Made by a program: the position numbers and the translations under genes. DNA of 52,306 bases, counting the filler, from Squatina squatina (lineage: Eukaryota): assembly GCA_031763465.1 (NCBI GenBank). It is 3 parts of 3 records of this genome, joined end to end, with 100 filler letters (N's around TTAATTAATTAA, not from the genome) between each part and the next. Parts side by side here need not be neighbours in the genome. Positions count along the whole stretch, not along the records: positions 1 to 24,799 come from JARFOE010000073.1; positions 24,900 to 37,679 come from JARFOE010000168.1; 1 more part is not named here. One strand, given 5' to 3'. The notes beneath the pieces were generated by a model. The model searched no databases and was not told the origin of the DNA. It worked only from the letters and a program-made list of their open reading frames with translations. This document shows, one piece after another, positions 12,560 through 25,176 of the stretch (position 1 is the stretch's first letter; the number at the start of each line of letters is the position of its first letter).

Positions 12560-12760
12560 ATTTTAATCACTGTCCAGTGATCCTTGCTGGAGAGTAGGTA
12601 CGTGGACATTGGACAAGGACAAGATCACGTTTGGCTATGATGTCCTTTGTAGAAGAATAGCAAGCTAGCACTCGATCAACTCTTTACACATAAATAATTG
12701 CCATTTAGGAAAGGTTCTTAAGTTCCCAGTGGACAATACCACAGCAAGGAAATCAAGGAG
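12560..12760 (+). mobile_element. Old SINE relic (AmnSINE2-like body)
   Basis: Weak similarity (ggac..gatc..ggctatgatg.cc...gaatagc...cactc) to 32890-33060 and 51910-52035. Family assigned from memory. Confidence 0.35.
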
Positions 12761-12799
12761 AGAGCAGACATTTGAAGCTCAACAGAACTCTTGTCTTTC

Positions 12800-13226
12800 T
12801 ATTCATTCACAGGATGTAGGTGTCACTGGCAAGGCCAGCATTTATCACCCATCCCTAATTGCCCTTAAGAAGGCAGTGGTGAACCACCTTATGGTATGTG
12901 CGATTCCAGCAATATGGTTGACTCTTAACTGCCCTCTGAGATGGCCGAGCAAGCAACCTTATACAACAGAGTGGCTGTGGGTCTGAAGTCATATATAGGC
13001 CAACTGGCAGATTTCATTCCCTAAAGGGCAATAGTGAACCAGATAGGTTTTTACAACAATCTGTCACTGATTGCTATTACTGATGCTAGCTTTTCATTCT
13101 AGATTTACTTAATTCAATTTAAATTCCGCAGCTGCTATGGTGGGATTTGAACTCATGTCTCCTGATCATTAGTGCGGGCCTCTGAATTACTAGTCCAGTA
13201 ACATAACCACAATGCTATCGTGCCCT
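12800..13226 (-). mobile_element. tRNA-derived SINE with LINE-derived tail; an internal segment of about 55 bp is inverted
   Basis: The reverse complement starts gggcacgatagcattgtggttatgttactggactagtaat...gagttcaaatcccacc, the same head as 13832-14091 (+). The tail agggcaattagggatggg..ataaatgctggccttgcc is shared with 21307-21420 and 26130-26200. Confidence 0.75.
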
Positions 13227-13831
13227 AATTTTGCTTAGCTTATTGGTGCCAAAGTGCTATGGATTTAGCCAAAGTATCACTGTGGCACAAATGACAACTG
13301 CCCAGATTAATTTCTAACAAGAGGTCGACAATCCCTATTAATCTTCGGTACTATGCATGTGCAAACTGACACAGTACAGATGTGTCACAGCCACAGCCCC
13401 AGTTGACTGGGGTTGTTGGAGCATGAAACTCAGGAATTGTCATTGTAATTTTTTTTTTCAAAACACGTTCCATTAGTCCCCAGGCTCTACTGCGCAGGTT
13501 GACAGCTCAGCTGTGGGAAAAAATGCTGTTCAGCAAGGGTAAAAATAACCACCTGTCTGGGTTGAGTAGTGGCACAGGCACAAATTTATTGTTACCTGTC
13601 CAATTATTCACTTTACAAACATTACATAAATACCACCACCAAGACTAGTACTGTAGAGAGTGGCCCAAGTGGGATTTGAATAATCAACTACTGTATTTAG
13701 TCTGCTATGAAGATGTTATGTGTGCCTAACTATCTACTGTTATTGTATTCACATTTGAAAACTAAACATGGGTAAGTAATTGAGGAAAGGTAGAGTTTTG
13801 TATTTATCCAAGGAATACATTTCCCATTTCA

Positions 13832-14091
13832 AGGGTATGATAGCGCAGTGGTTATGTTACTACACTAGTAATCCAGACATCTGGACTAATAATCCAGACA
13901 TGTGAGTTCAAATCTCACCACCGAAGCTATGGGATTTTTAATTCAGTTAATTCTTTTTTAAAAAACTAGTATCAGTAATGGTGACCATGAAACTACTGGA
14001 TTGTCGTAAAAACACAACTGGTTCACTAATGCCCTTTAGGGAAGGTGAACCTGTTATCCTTCCAGTCTGGGCTTTATGTGTCTCCAGGCCC
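13832..14091 (+). mobile_element. tRNA-derived SINE, 5' half, truncated by a gap
   Basis: A-box-like tagcgcagtggt, B-box gagttcaaatctc, body ctggttcactaatgccctttagggaagg. Homologous to 12970-13226 (-). Confidence 0.8.
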
Positions 14092-14929
14092 NNNNNNNNN
14101 NNNNNNNNNNNNNNNNNNNNNNNNNNNNNNNNNNNNNNNNNNNNNNNNNNNNNNNNNNNNNNNNNNNNNNNNNNNNNNNNNNNNNNNNNNNCCCGCTAAC
14201 GTGTGCGAGCTTTAATTCAGGAAGTTTAAAGAAAAAAAATACCCAGGAGTGTCTGAATTGACGCTGCCACAGCGCGCTCGGCATCTGCCTTGGGGAGAGA
14301 GATCACAGCAAACAGTTATTAGTTGGTGTTGTACAGCAACGAAACAATGACATTAGTTAATACCATTTTGTCTGTTTTATGTGCATAGACTTTGAGCGTT
14401 TCTCCTTGCTGTCAAGTGTCCACTGCTGTGTGGGTCTCTGTCATGCTTAGCAGGTTTATTTTAGTGCTAAGGTTTCGCGGTTGCACTTGTTTCAAACATT
14501 CCTTATTCAATTGGATTTGAGGCTGCAGTTTAACCAATTCTTGCATCGTCTGTGCATATGTGTTCATATTTCCTTTACAGATTTTTTGCATTTAGTTTCT
14601 GAATAGGTGGTGTATACCTTCCCACCCACCGTCCCGTCTCTCTTTAATATTTTAAATTGAATTATTCTCCACATCTTCATTTTCAAGGTCAGTAGATGTG
14701 TGGCACCTTTAGGAACAATACTTTATGCTTTTCTTCTTTCACATCTAGGTCATAACACAGCCTAAGGTGGTGTAGTTTTAGGATGAGCATTTTGATCCTT
14801 CTCGATTTTATGAGGAAGGAGCACAGCAAAGTTTTTTTGGAGAGGGGAGTTCCCGCAATATACTGATTGCTGTTCTACTAATTGGACACAAAAGTTGGCC
14901 TGAAGGCATTGACACNNNNNNNNNNTTGC

Positions 14930-15912
14930 TTTCGGTGGCGTGATAAATCTTTAGAATTACGCAAACTGTTGCATCGAACGTGTATTTTGGTTTAAATGTT
15001 ACTGTAAATGCGTTCGAATTTTACAGGTAAATCACATACGTTGAAATTTTGAACTGACTATTTAATAACTGCTTCGGGTGCAAATGGGGGAATGCAGCTC
15101 GAAGACTGATAAATCCGGAGTGTGAGAACTTGGATGCGGGTCAGATATTGGTTTATCCAAACAAATTTGTCTTGTAGATACGCCGAGCGCTAGATAAGTG
15201 TGCATAAGTAGAGCCTCTTGCACTTGTCATCGCCTTTATCGATGGGGCTCCGTATTTAAAATGTCTCAAAGGTGCCTCGGGTGCAGCCTCATTTAAATTT
15301 AACACGAACATAACAGATATTTATACAACATTCATTTAACCCCCTTCATGCTCTGGTGGGTTTAAACGCTGGACGCTTTTGATGGCTGGTTATGGTGCAT
15401 TTTTAATGTAAAATATTTTGCACAATCGAAGCAGCGTTATTTCACGTCGTTTTAAGTAGGTTGCTTGGACAGTCGAGATGGACTAGTGAAGTAGCTCCGT
15501 AGCAACCTCATGCACACGCGTGCCGCTGAGGGCACAAGTCTACAAAACGCGTCTCTCATCCAGCGTGCTGTTTCACAGCCACTTCTCCCAGCAGGTTGGC
15601 TTCTTTCAAATTCAGTCAGTTGCAAGGATTTCAAATTAATAATCGCATCAATCCGAGGCTCGCTTTTAAGCTGCATTTTGCACACCTGTGTGTGTCTCTC
15701 TCTCCTGTTCCCGATCTCTGAATAAAACGTGTTGATTCCTGATTGCAACGTTGAAAGATCTCGGGGGCTGGGCCACCTGTGCCTTTGTTTAATCACCTGT
15801 GCAGTCCCAGATCCCAGCGTGTGGCAGGAGCTGCCTGTGCCGCAGGTGGATGTGTGTGTGTGTATAATGTGTGCGGTAGGGAATCCGTGCACTATTTTCT
15901 GGACGTGTAGTC
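14930..15912. promoter_or_regulatory. CpG-enriched non-repeat region, possibly a CpG-island shoulder or promoter-proximal sequence
   Basis: Visibly more CG dinucleotides (acgcgt twice, cacgtcg, cgccgagcgc) than the CpG-depleted surroundings, and no TE hallmarks recognised. 14192-14290 is similar. Confidence 0.3.
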
Positions 15913-17950
15913 NNNNNNNNNNNNNNNNNNNNNNNNNNNNNNNNNNNNNNNNNNNNNNNNNNNNNNNNNNNNNNNNNNNNNNNNNNNNNNNNNNNNNNNN
16001 NNNNNNNNNNNNTCTTCAGGATAAAACTCACCCAAAAAATACGTTTCTTCCAGTATCATGTCAGGCCCTCAAAAGCTACTTGTAATTTTAACTAAATAAA
16101 GCTTGTTTCTTTTATGTATGGATGCAAGCATACTTTCCTTCTCATTCTTCCTGCAATTGACAAAGGTGGTCAATTTTCCAATTGAAGACCTGCCAATAAA
16201 ATATACTAGAGCAAATACCATGGAACATAATCCTGTCAGCAGCAGGCATCTGAACTGCACTGACATGGATCACTTGTGGCCCTTTTGGCTGTTGTAGTTG
16301 GAGGTATTTCAAATTAATTGAAATCTCCTCTACAGTTGGTATCGCACACAAAATTACTCTGTTGAGTGAATCTAATAAAACGTGGAGGCTGAAGTGTGGG
16401 AATAGTTCAGGAAGAACTTGCTTGAGATGAAGGGAAAAGCACTTCTAATCCCAACACTTACTACAAAGCAGTATTTAAGTGGTCTGTTGAGTACTGGCTT
16501 CTTTGTGCCTCTCCCAGGAGATTACATGGCTGCTGGAAATGAACGGGGTGGCATTGGGGATCATTCTCAATTACAGCGTGAGTGTATGGGACAACTGATC
16601 TTTCCCTGTCTGTTTTCTTGTGTGTTAATATGATNNNNNNNNNNNNNNNNNNNNNNNNNNNNNNNNNNNNNNNNNNNNNNNNNNNNNNNNNNNNNNNNNN
16701 NNNNNNNNNNNNNNNNNNNNNNNNNNNNNNNNNNAAATGTGTCTTGCTTTTGTACTGACTTTTCACCCAGTCTATTGGGTTCCTGATCTCTTGCAACTCT
16801 GCAGTGTGGCTGAGGAGACCAGTCATCTTTCCAGAAGCAGATAGTGAAAATTAGAGGGAGAGCTGTTGCTGAATTGTGTAACATCGTAGATATCAGTAGA
16901 AATTTTGCATGCAAATGGTAATAGAATTGTAGAATAAATCATCATGGAATCAGGGAATTTTACAGTAGAGTAATAGGTCATTTGGCCCATAGGTCTGATG
17001 GTATTTTCCTCCATATTTCAAGAAACTATTTAATTCCTTTTTTAATAAAAAAAATATTGTGGACTTTGTTTCAACAATAATTTGTGACAGGGGGGTTCAT
17101 GTTCTGCATTATAAAATTTTTTTAAAATTCTAAACTCCTTTCATTCTTTATGTGCACTCTTGTTACCGCTTCACTAGCCATGTTACATGGGAAATCCATT
17201 GAAGTGGAAAGGGTTCAAGAGACTATTGGACCTGCTTCTGGGCAGAGAAAGGGATTAACGTATATGAAAGGAATACGAACAGGTGGCAGTGATTGTCAAA
17301 CTTAGTCCTTTTGTGTTTTCTAAAAATGTATTTGCCCTTTGAGTGACATAAGTAAAAATGTGAGCGATTGCTCCAGAAGTAAATGATGCAAAAAGGTAAA
17401 GGAAAGCAATCTGTGCTGGAGGGTTAGAGGGTAGCATGTCCTCAAAATCAATTTATTTATGGGAGGTTGAGGCAATGTAATACACGTTTATACTGCAGGG
17501 GTTACCATTGCTGAAGACTGATGTGTTGTGAGTGACTGAGAACAAGCAGGACAATTTGTGTCCTGCCAACTTGTGTCTCGCTCTCCTATGATTGAATGCC
17601 TTGTTACCAATGTGTGTTCCATCTGATTGTCTGGCTAAGAGCTGAAAAAGCAAGCACCTGATTGTGACCAGTGATGTGGAGTGATGGACAGCTCTGGGAT
17701 TGGAACTGATCATTTTGTTGCTAATCAAGCATTAGATCTTTTAGCTACCAGGCCATGAAAATCAAACTATTTGAAAGCCAATTTGGGCTAGAATGATAGT
17801 GCTGACATATTTGCAGTGACTTGGGTCTGGAGCGAATTTAATTCCAGCAGNNNNNNNNNNNNNNNNNNNNNNNNNNNNNNNNNNNNNNNNNNNNNNNNNN
17901 NNNNNNNNNNNNNNNNNNNNNNNNNNNNNNNNNNNNNNNNNNNNNNNNNN

Positions 17951-18080
17951 GTTATTTGCATGTACTTCCAGAAGGCATTTGATAAAGTTAAAGCTCATGG
18001 AATTGAAAGCAAATTATTGACCTGGTTAGGAAATTGGCTAAGTTACAGAAGACAGAGTAGGGATAATGGGCAGGTACTCT
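17951..18080 (+). mobile_element. CR1 LINE reverse transcriptase fragment
   Basis: VICMYFQKAFDKVKAHGIESKLLTWLGNWLSYRRQ matches the CR1 RT motif DFQKAFDKV...WI.NWL..R.Q, with a deletion. Confidence 0.85.
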
Positions 18081-18309
18081 AGTCATTGTATGTGGTGGCA
18101 GTTGCATGATGCACTTTGGTCTCTGTGACAACATAGTGATTTTTGCATCAATATTGCACTCGCTGAATAAAGCACCTTATGTCACCTTGTAAAATTCGTA
18201 AATACAAAGCTTCAGTGGAAAAGGTTTGTGGTTTTTAAATTGTGTCGTTGAGGTGAAATGTTGGTGTTGGAGAATGGAACAGTTTGAAATTCAGAATCAA
18301 CCACTTCCA

Positions 18310-18520
18310 CGTCGGGTACTGTTAGATACAGAATAAGGTTCCCTACTCTGCCACAATATTGTCTCAGTTACAAATTGAGAAAGAGAATCACTGTTGCAGC
18401 AGTGGCATTTCTGAGTGAGATCGCCAATTAAGTGCCAAGTTAGAGGCCGATTTGCACTTTGGCCCCATGCCTACTGGGAACTGGTACTGTGACTGTCCAA
18501 ACTCATTTCATATACACAGC
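18310..18520 (-). mobile_element. LF-SINE-like relic
   Basis: The reverse complement reads tatatgaaatgagtttggacagtcacagtaccagttcccagtagg...ttggcacttaattggcga, matching recalled LF-SINE core motifs and 9315-9400. Confidence 0.55.
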
Positions 18521-18878
18521 TTTCTTTTCAGTATTCCATAAAACGGACTGGGGCTGTAGTTATAAATAACATCCCATCAATATCTTGTCTCCGTGTAGTA
18601 GTCTCTGTAAGCTCCTGCACAATTTCTAAATAGATTTTGCTTTGAAGATGGAAATGCTGGTTTTATGAGCCTGTAAATTTAAGACAAGCTGATTTTTGCT
18701 TTCGCAGTATAAACTAATCTTGGATGCCTTCTAGGTTACTTACAACATTTTGGCTTGGAAGTATCAGATCGTGGCTTANNNNNNNNNNNNNNNNNNNNNN
18801 NNNNNNNNNNNNNNNNNNNNNNNNNNNNNNNNNNNNNNNNNNNNNNNNNNNNNNNNNNNNNNNNNNNNNNNNNNNNNN

Positions 18879-19180
18879 CTCCCCGGGCTGCTGGATCCTC
18901 GGTCTCCCAGCCTCTGGCTCCTTGGGCCCCCGGTCTCCAGCTCCCTGGGCTACTGGATCCCCGGTTTCCCGGCCTCTGGTTCCACGGGCCCCCAGTCACC
19001 AACTCCCCGAGCCTCTCTCACCTCGCTGCCCTGCTCCTCGGCTCCCGGCACCGGCCTCCTTCTCCCCGGGCCTCTTGCTTCCCATTTTGTTGCTTCTCGA
19101 CCCTCAGCCCCTGGCTCCCTAGGCCTCTCACTCATCGCTCCCCTGCTCTTCAGGCCCCAACCTTCCGCTCCCCTGGCCTC
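18879..19180. repeat. GC-rich degenerate tandem repeat (62-bp unit at 18879 and 18941), decaying into C-rich low complexity
   Basis: ctccccgggctgctggatcctcggtctcccagcctctggctcc versus ctccctgggctactggatccccggtttcccggcctctggttcc. This explains the Pro/Ser/Leu-rich ORFs in several frames. Confidence 0.7.
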
Positions 19181-21306
19181 CCATTCCCTACGCTTCATTC
19201 GTTTTGCCAGCATGGGCGCCACCATCTTGGAAAATCCCGGAGCTAAGCTTGAACCGGGAGTCAGCCCCAAATCTGCTCTTTCTGTAGTCCCTGAGTCCCT
19301 GCTGCTCCTGCTCTTTCTCTCGTCTCTTGCTCTTATCAAATGTTTATTTGCTCAGTAACATAGATGAGTACCTTAAAGGGAAAATGAACTTGTTTCCTTT
19401 CGTTACATGTTTGGAATCTTCCTCCTTCATTTTTCTTCCATGATGATTTCCCACTGTTTCTCATTACTGTTGCTGGAACATTCTGTAAATACTTATTTAG
19501 GCAACTTCAGTTGCCATGGCAATTCTTTGCGTTTGGCAAAATCTGAGAAAACGTGCATTTGTGTACAGTAAAAGCTGTGAAAATGATATCTCCGGGACAG
19601 GATTTGCACAGGAAGTATCAGTCCTCATTGGCATCATTTTGCCCTATCAGGGAATAAATCTTCACAGCTCAAACAGACATAAATAGGTAGTGACAGAGTA
19701 CTTTGGTGGTAGAATTATCTTTCTCCTCGTTTCCATGTAAAAGTGGCAATTAGTCAGGTCATGTGATGACCATGAAGGAAGATTTCCTTTGTTTGATATC
19801 TAGCAAAATCACAAATGTGCTTTTATCCTTTGTTTACCATTTTACTACTGAGAGTGCAAGGGAGGAAATCGTCCTGCCCATTTTTCACAATCCAGTGTTG
19901 CCTCTATGACCATTCTTTGATTTTTAATTAGCTTTTTCATTACCTTTCAAAACTGCATGTACAGATAACTGCTCGACAGTGCTATTGCTGATAGTCTGCT
20001 GACCGTCTTCCGATAGCTTAGTGACAGGAATGTGAAACATCAAATGTAAAAATCGAACGGAAATAAAATTAATATGATGAAAGGGGCTGACTTCACCACT
20101 CTGGTTTCGTTTCCCTTTAAAACTTTTAGACTCACTATCTTGAAATAGTCTCCTTCAGCCTTAACACAATGTGACGGAAGTCAAGTGAACAGTGAATGAA
20201 TGTAATACTGGGGGAATCGGAAAGACATGAACTAAACAAAAACTTGTCACTGAAATCAATACTGTTGGCATATGTGCCAACATTGATGTAGCTTAGATAT
20301 AACAGGAGCCTGATGGGGCAAGCTCCAGGTGCACTTGCGTTATGGACTGTCTGTTGTCCTCAGATTTAACAACCGTGCGAAGACCTGCAGAAGCCTCAGG
20401 ANNNNNNNNNNNNNNNNNNNNNNNNNNNNNNNNNNNNNNNNNNNNNNNNNNNNNNNNNNNNNNNNNNNNNNNNNNNNNNNNNNNNNNNNNNNNNNNNNNN
20501 NAAAAACCCTTTTTTTTTCCGAATTGATTCCACTGAAACTTAAGATTATTAACTGTAACCTAGCCACCAGCTGTCATATCATTGAGTAATGGCAGTTTTG
20601 CACACCTACTTGTATGTCACCTGAAATTTACAGAAACTGTGTCTAGTCCCTTGAGTTGGCCTGTAATGTGTTTTGTCTAACATCCCGAGGTCTGTGTTTC
20701 CTTTATTACGTATAGCAGCCGAAGTTGGATTCAGTGTCCCCGTTTTAACTGTCAGAAACATTACCCATCTCAAGGCAGTTTGGCTGGTGTAGCTGAAATG
20801 AAACTGCAAGACCCCATCAGGAACCAAGTTACCTCATCCAGGAGCAGACAGAGTATTCAGATGAGAATACATCCATCACTGTTTGATCAAGCAAGATGAC
20901 AAATCTAGCCTGAAAGTTTTGCATTAGCTCTGGTCATTAAAGCAGTTTGATGCCCTTTCAGAATCCATTTCAAGGACATGTGGTGAACAGTATATTGACT
21001 TACCTGGTCTCCCTCACTATGACAGTGATTTGCAAGAATTAGTTTAAAATGGTAGCAGAATCATGGAAAAAAACATCCATCTTTTGGTCTGTCATTCAGT
21101 GTTTACATAGAGCCGACCAGAACTTGTTTGTAAGGGGTTTGCTGGAGAAGGGAATTGGAGGACATAAATAGAATTGGAAAAAACTCTGAAGCATCACGCA
21201 GTTACGCACATATTGTTACAGTCCAAGATTTTTTTACTCCTCTTATGTGTTCTTTTTATAAAAAATCATAGCCAGCATAGGATGCCTAGGTAATAATTAA
21301 CTTTTA

Positions 21307-21420
21307 ATTCATTCATTGGATGTGGGTGGATGTGGGTGTCACTGGCAAGGCCAGCATTTATTGCCCATCCCTAACTGCCCTTGAGAAGGTGGCAGTGAAC
21401 CTTTTTCTTGAACCGCTACA
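21307..21420 (-). mobile_element. LINE/SINE 3' tail fragment
   Basis: attcattcattggatgtgggt...ggcaaggccagcatttattgcccatccctaactgcccttgagaagg is the reverse complement of the tail at 26100-26200. Confidence 0.75.
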
Positions 21421-21593
21421 ATCCCCACACTAAGGAATCGATTACTCTTTAGTTTGGGGGCTGCAGCATTGCAAGTGGGTTGATCGGACTTTCTGCTTCT
21501 GCAAAATAAGCACATAATGGCAATCGGCTCTCTACATTATACAACTGAGTCCAGAAGCATTATGCAGACTGGTACCTTACAAAATTTCTCAAA

Positions 21594-21717
21594 GGAATTT
21601 TTTGAGGATGTAACAAGTAGAATTGATAAGGGAGAACCAATGGATGTGGTGTATTTGGATTTTCAGAAGGCTTTTGATAAAGTCCCACATAAGAGGTTAG
21701 TATGCAAAATTAAAGCA
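21594..21717 (+). mobile_element. Well-preserved CR1 LINE RT fragment
   Basis: EFFEDVTSRIDKGEPMDVVYLDFQKAFDKVPHKRLVCKIKA is a canonical CR1 RT motif. Truncated by a gap. Confidence 0.9.
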
Positions 21718-21819
21718 NNNNNNNNNNNNNNNNNNNNNNNNNNNNNNNNNNNNNNNNNNNNNNNNNNNNNNNNNNNNNNNNNNNNNNNNNNNNNNNNNNN
21801 NNNNNNNNNNNNNNNNNAT

Positions 21820-22370
21820 AACATTTACACTTGTATATCTTAAATGCAAAAGAAATCCCAAGATACGTCAGCGGGGCAATTGGAGAAAAATAAACGCCGA
21901 GCCAAACAAGGAATATTAAGAGGGGCAAAGGGAGTGGGGATGCACTAGTGAGAATTGAAGGAATGCAGAGTTCTTGGCGAGTTACAGGGCTGGAGACATT
22001 TACAGTGATGGTGAGGAACATGGCTGTGAGGATTTTAAACACGAGGATGAAAATTTTAAATTTGAGGCATCGGACAATCAGAAGCCAGTGTAGATCTGAG
22101 AGGATGATGGGCGAGCAGGGCTTGGTATGGGATAAGATACAGATAGCAGAGTTTTGGATCAGCTGAAATTTACAGAAGTTGGAGAATGGTAAGGTGGCCA
22201 GGAGAAGATTGGAGTAGTCAAGGCTGGAGGTGACAAAGGCATAGATAAACATTTCAGCAATACATGAGCTGAGGTAAGGGCAGAGGTGGCGATGTTACAG
22301 AGATTGATGTCGGCAAAGAGGTTATGGGGTCGGAAGCTGAGCTTGGAGTAGGATAGGACACTGATCCACC
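21820..22370 (-). mobile_element. L2 LINE ORF2 C-terminal/3' fragment
   Basis: IYAFVTSSLDYSNLLLATLP...FQLIQNSAICILS...LSDLHWL matches the L2 motif HAFVTSRLDYCNSLL.GLP...LQLIQNAAAR...LHWLP. Confidence 0.85.
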
Positions 22371-24799
22371 CATTATGCATTTTTAACATTATTTTCATTT
22401 CAGATTTCCAACATTTGTGATTTCTCAGTTCATATTGATACTAAAATGAGCTACATTTTTAAACTGAAACTGAGTCTCAATCCAAATGCGTAATAATACT
22501 GTAAGTGGACCTGTGTACTTGAAAAGACATAGCCAGTCTTACTCTATAACCATTCAATGTGAAACACCAAGTACATAATAACATTTATCATTGCTAAATG
22601 CCATGAGCTGGCAAAGGTTAGAAGTGAATTCAAATGAATAAGCGGACAGAAGAAAACAATTGTTAGTGTAATACTTATCTAATTTAAAAATGTCATAAAA
22701 TTAGTAACTAACCTGTAAGCAAAATGTGCAGAATATAAAGATGCATGTTGCATTGTGTAATTGATTTTATCCACCGGTGGGAGGCGGGGTGGGTGCCGTA
22801 GGGTCAAGAATTTGAAGGAAATCTTAAATTAAGTTGGTGCCAGTCAGCAGCGGTGTGTGAGGTACTGATTTCTGGTGCACACCTGTAGTGTGGATTTTGG
22901 ACATGTTTCCTGGCTCTGGCACTAATTCGGCCCCCGTCCTTGTTCTCTTGCAGATTCATTTGCCCTGGATGTGGCTCTAGTCTCGACGGCTGTGGTAATT
23001 TGTCTTGCTGCAATGGTCGCCATGTGTGGGATCTGCAAATGGTGTCAGCGCAAACTGGTGAGTTCAGCTTCCTGTGATATCAAGCGGCTGAGTGAGTACA
23101 AAAACATACCTGCACACTGACAATTATCTCCTCTGAGTAGCCTTGAGATGTACCACTGGAGAGATACACCCACTCTTTCCCTCCCCACTGCCATATTGCA
23201 AGCAATGTACAAGCAGCAGCTCAGGTCAAGAAAAGTACTTCCCTCGTTTCTGGTTGCTGCGCAGGTTTTGCTAACAACTGTTAGTTGGAGATATTTCTGT
23301 CTCCCTGATTATCCCCAAATGCTAAGCTTTGTTAAATGAACTAACGTTTTGATTNNNNNNNNNNNNNNNNNNNNNNNNNNNNNNNNNNNNNNNNNNNNNN
23401 NNNNNNNNNNNNNNNNNNNNNNNNNNNNNNNNNNNNNNNNNNNNNNNNNNNNNNTATACAGCACAGAAATAGGCCATCCAGCCCAACCAGTCCATGCTGG
23501 CTCCATTCGTTTATGCTCCACTCGAGCCTATTTTCAAATCCATAGCTATACATAAGGCAGAACAGGAGCGGGGCATGAGTTGAGAATCATCATCAGTGAT
23601 TAAATACAAATAATCAATATTTTTAAAAACGCCTCCTGTTTACTAATTTAACTCCGAACACCATGAGTTAATGATGCCTTCTGCCTCATTGATTTGATTT
23701 TACAGGGAAGGTGTATTCAAAGCAGTTTTTAAAATCAGGCTCTTGGAGTGCGAGTATAAACCTAGAATCTCAGTACTTTGAAAAATATGCTTTTTTCAAT
23801 ATTTACCAAAACAGACTGTGATTCATTTATCATGTTCAAATATGAAAGTACCAAACTGAGAGACAAAAGTGCATTCCAATGATGCATTGTTCTGTCTGCA
23901 GAACTCGCTGGGAGCTGTAGGTTGAGCTAATTAGATGCATTTTGGAGCTGAATTATCAATTAACTTTTAACATTAATGCTAGGATATGGATAATTTACAG
24001 TTGGTTATAATTTATCTTTGAGGACAGTTTTTAATGGAATGTTTGGAGGTCAATTAAGCTACCTGTTTTGTGACATAAGCTGGAATGTGTTTTTCAGGCT
24101 TCTCTTCCTTTCATTTCAAGACATTATTGTTTGGAACTGGAGTGAGCAGATTTTTTTTTTCTCTCTGTTCTTGGGNNNNNNNNNNNNNNNNNNNNNNNNN
24201 NNNNNNNNNNNNNNNNNNNNNNNNNNNNNNNNNNNNNNNNNNNNNNNNNNNNNNNNNNNNNNNNNNNNNNNNNNNATCAATGCCTTGGGTGTCCTTGGCA
24301 TTCTGTGCTGCCTCTCTGAATGATGCTCTTGTTAATGCACAGGTGGCGAGAAGGAGACAGTAAGGAGAGGTAACCTTGAAATAGGAAAAGAATCTCAAAG
24401 CAAAGTGAGTGTGAGTCCTGAGCTGTTGAGCTGAGTAACTGGTGATGTGTGGTGCAGATGCCTGTATCCTTGCAGGGCTATTTTTAAAATGACTAACAAT
24501 CCAACAGCAGGAACCTTATTTGCACAATTAATTCACAGAGTAGGCTCCAGAAAAATGTTAACATATGTTTTTTGTTTTGCCAAGCACAGATTTATTTGGA
24601 GTGTTTTCATGAGTTGCTGGTTTCTAAGGGAGACAGTAAATATGGAGAACCGTAGTCGCAAGCTGAAATTTGGAACATGTTGTTTACATACTACTACTCT
24701 GAACTTACCTATTTTCATTTTTATAGTAAACCCTCTATAAAGGATGACCTGAAGATTCACAAACACTGATACTAGCAAAAGGGTGTTATTTAGGATGAT

Positions 24800-24899
24800 N
24801 NNNNNNNNNNNNNNNNNNNNNNNNNNNNNNNNNNNNNNNNNNNTTAATTAATTAANNNNNNNNNNNNNNNNNNNNNNNNNNNNNNNNNNNNNNNNNNNN
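24800..24899. other. Artificial concatenation linker N44-TTAATTAATTAA-N44
   Basis: A 12-mer palindrome with stops in all six frames, centred in exactly 100 positions. An identical construct occurs at 37680-37779. Confidence 0.95.
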
Positions 24900-25091
24900 A
24901 CCGTCAGAATCGTTTGTAACATGGCTGGAGCTCTGAAGAACTTAAGAGTTTAAACACAACTTTAAAGTCAGATCTAGCAAACTCATCCTACAAAGGAAGC
25001 CACAAAGAGGGGCAGGTCAGTCTCAACGTTCACCAGGCTATGTGAGCAGTTCTGAGCTTGTGCATGGGCAGATTTGCCATTGGAGATAGGA

Positions 25092-25176
25092 GTGTGGACG
25101 GACAGGCCCGTCACTGGGGGGGGGCTGTGAATGGGGTCGCGGGGGCAGGGGGGTGTGGACGGACAGGCCCGTCACT
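25092..25176. repeat. Direct repeat of 24 bp (gtgtggacggacaggcccgtcact) at 25092 and 25153, separated by a G-run-rich spacer
   Basis: Exact duplicate visible in the sequence. Confidence 0.85.

Noticed and set aside
15452-15892. 146-aa minus-strand ORF
   Set aside because: No recognisable homology or splice pattern, and it includes (ca)n-derived low complexity. It is likely a by-product of the higher GC content.
18724-19358. Overlapping Pro/Ser/Gly-rich ORFs up to 202 aa
   Set aside because: GC-rich degenerate tandem repeat that is open in several frames on both strands, with no recognisable domain or splice structure.
21710-22252. 180-aa minus-strand ORF as a host gene
   Set aside because: It is a decayed L2 ORF2 C-terminus that runs into a gap.
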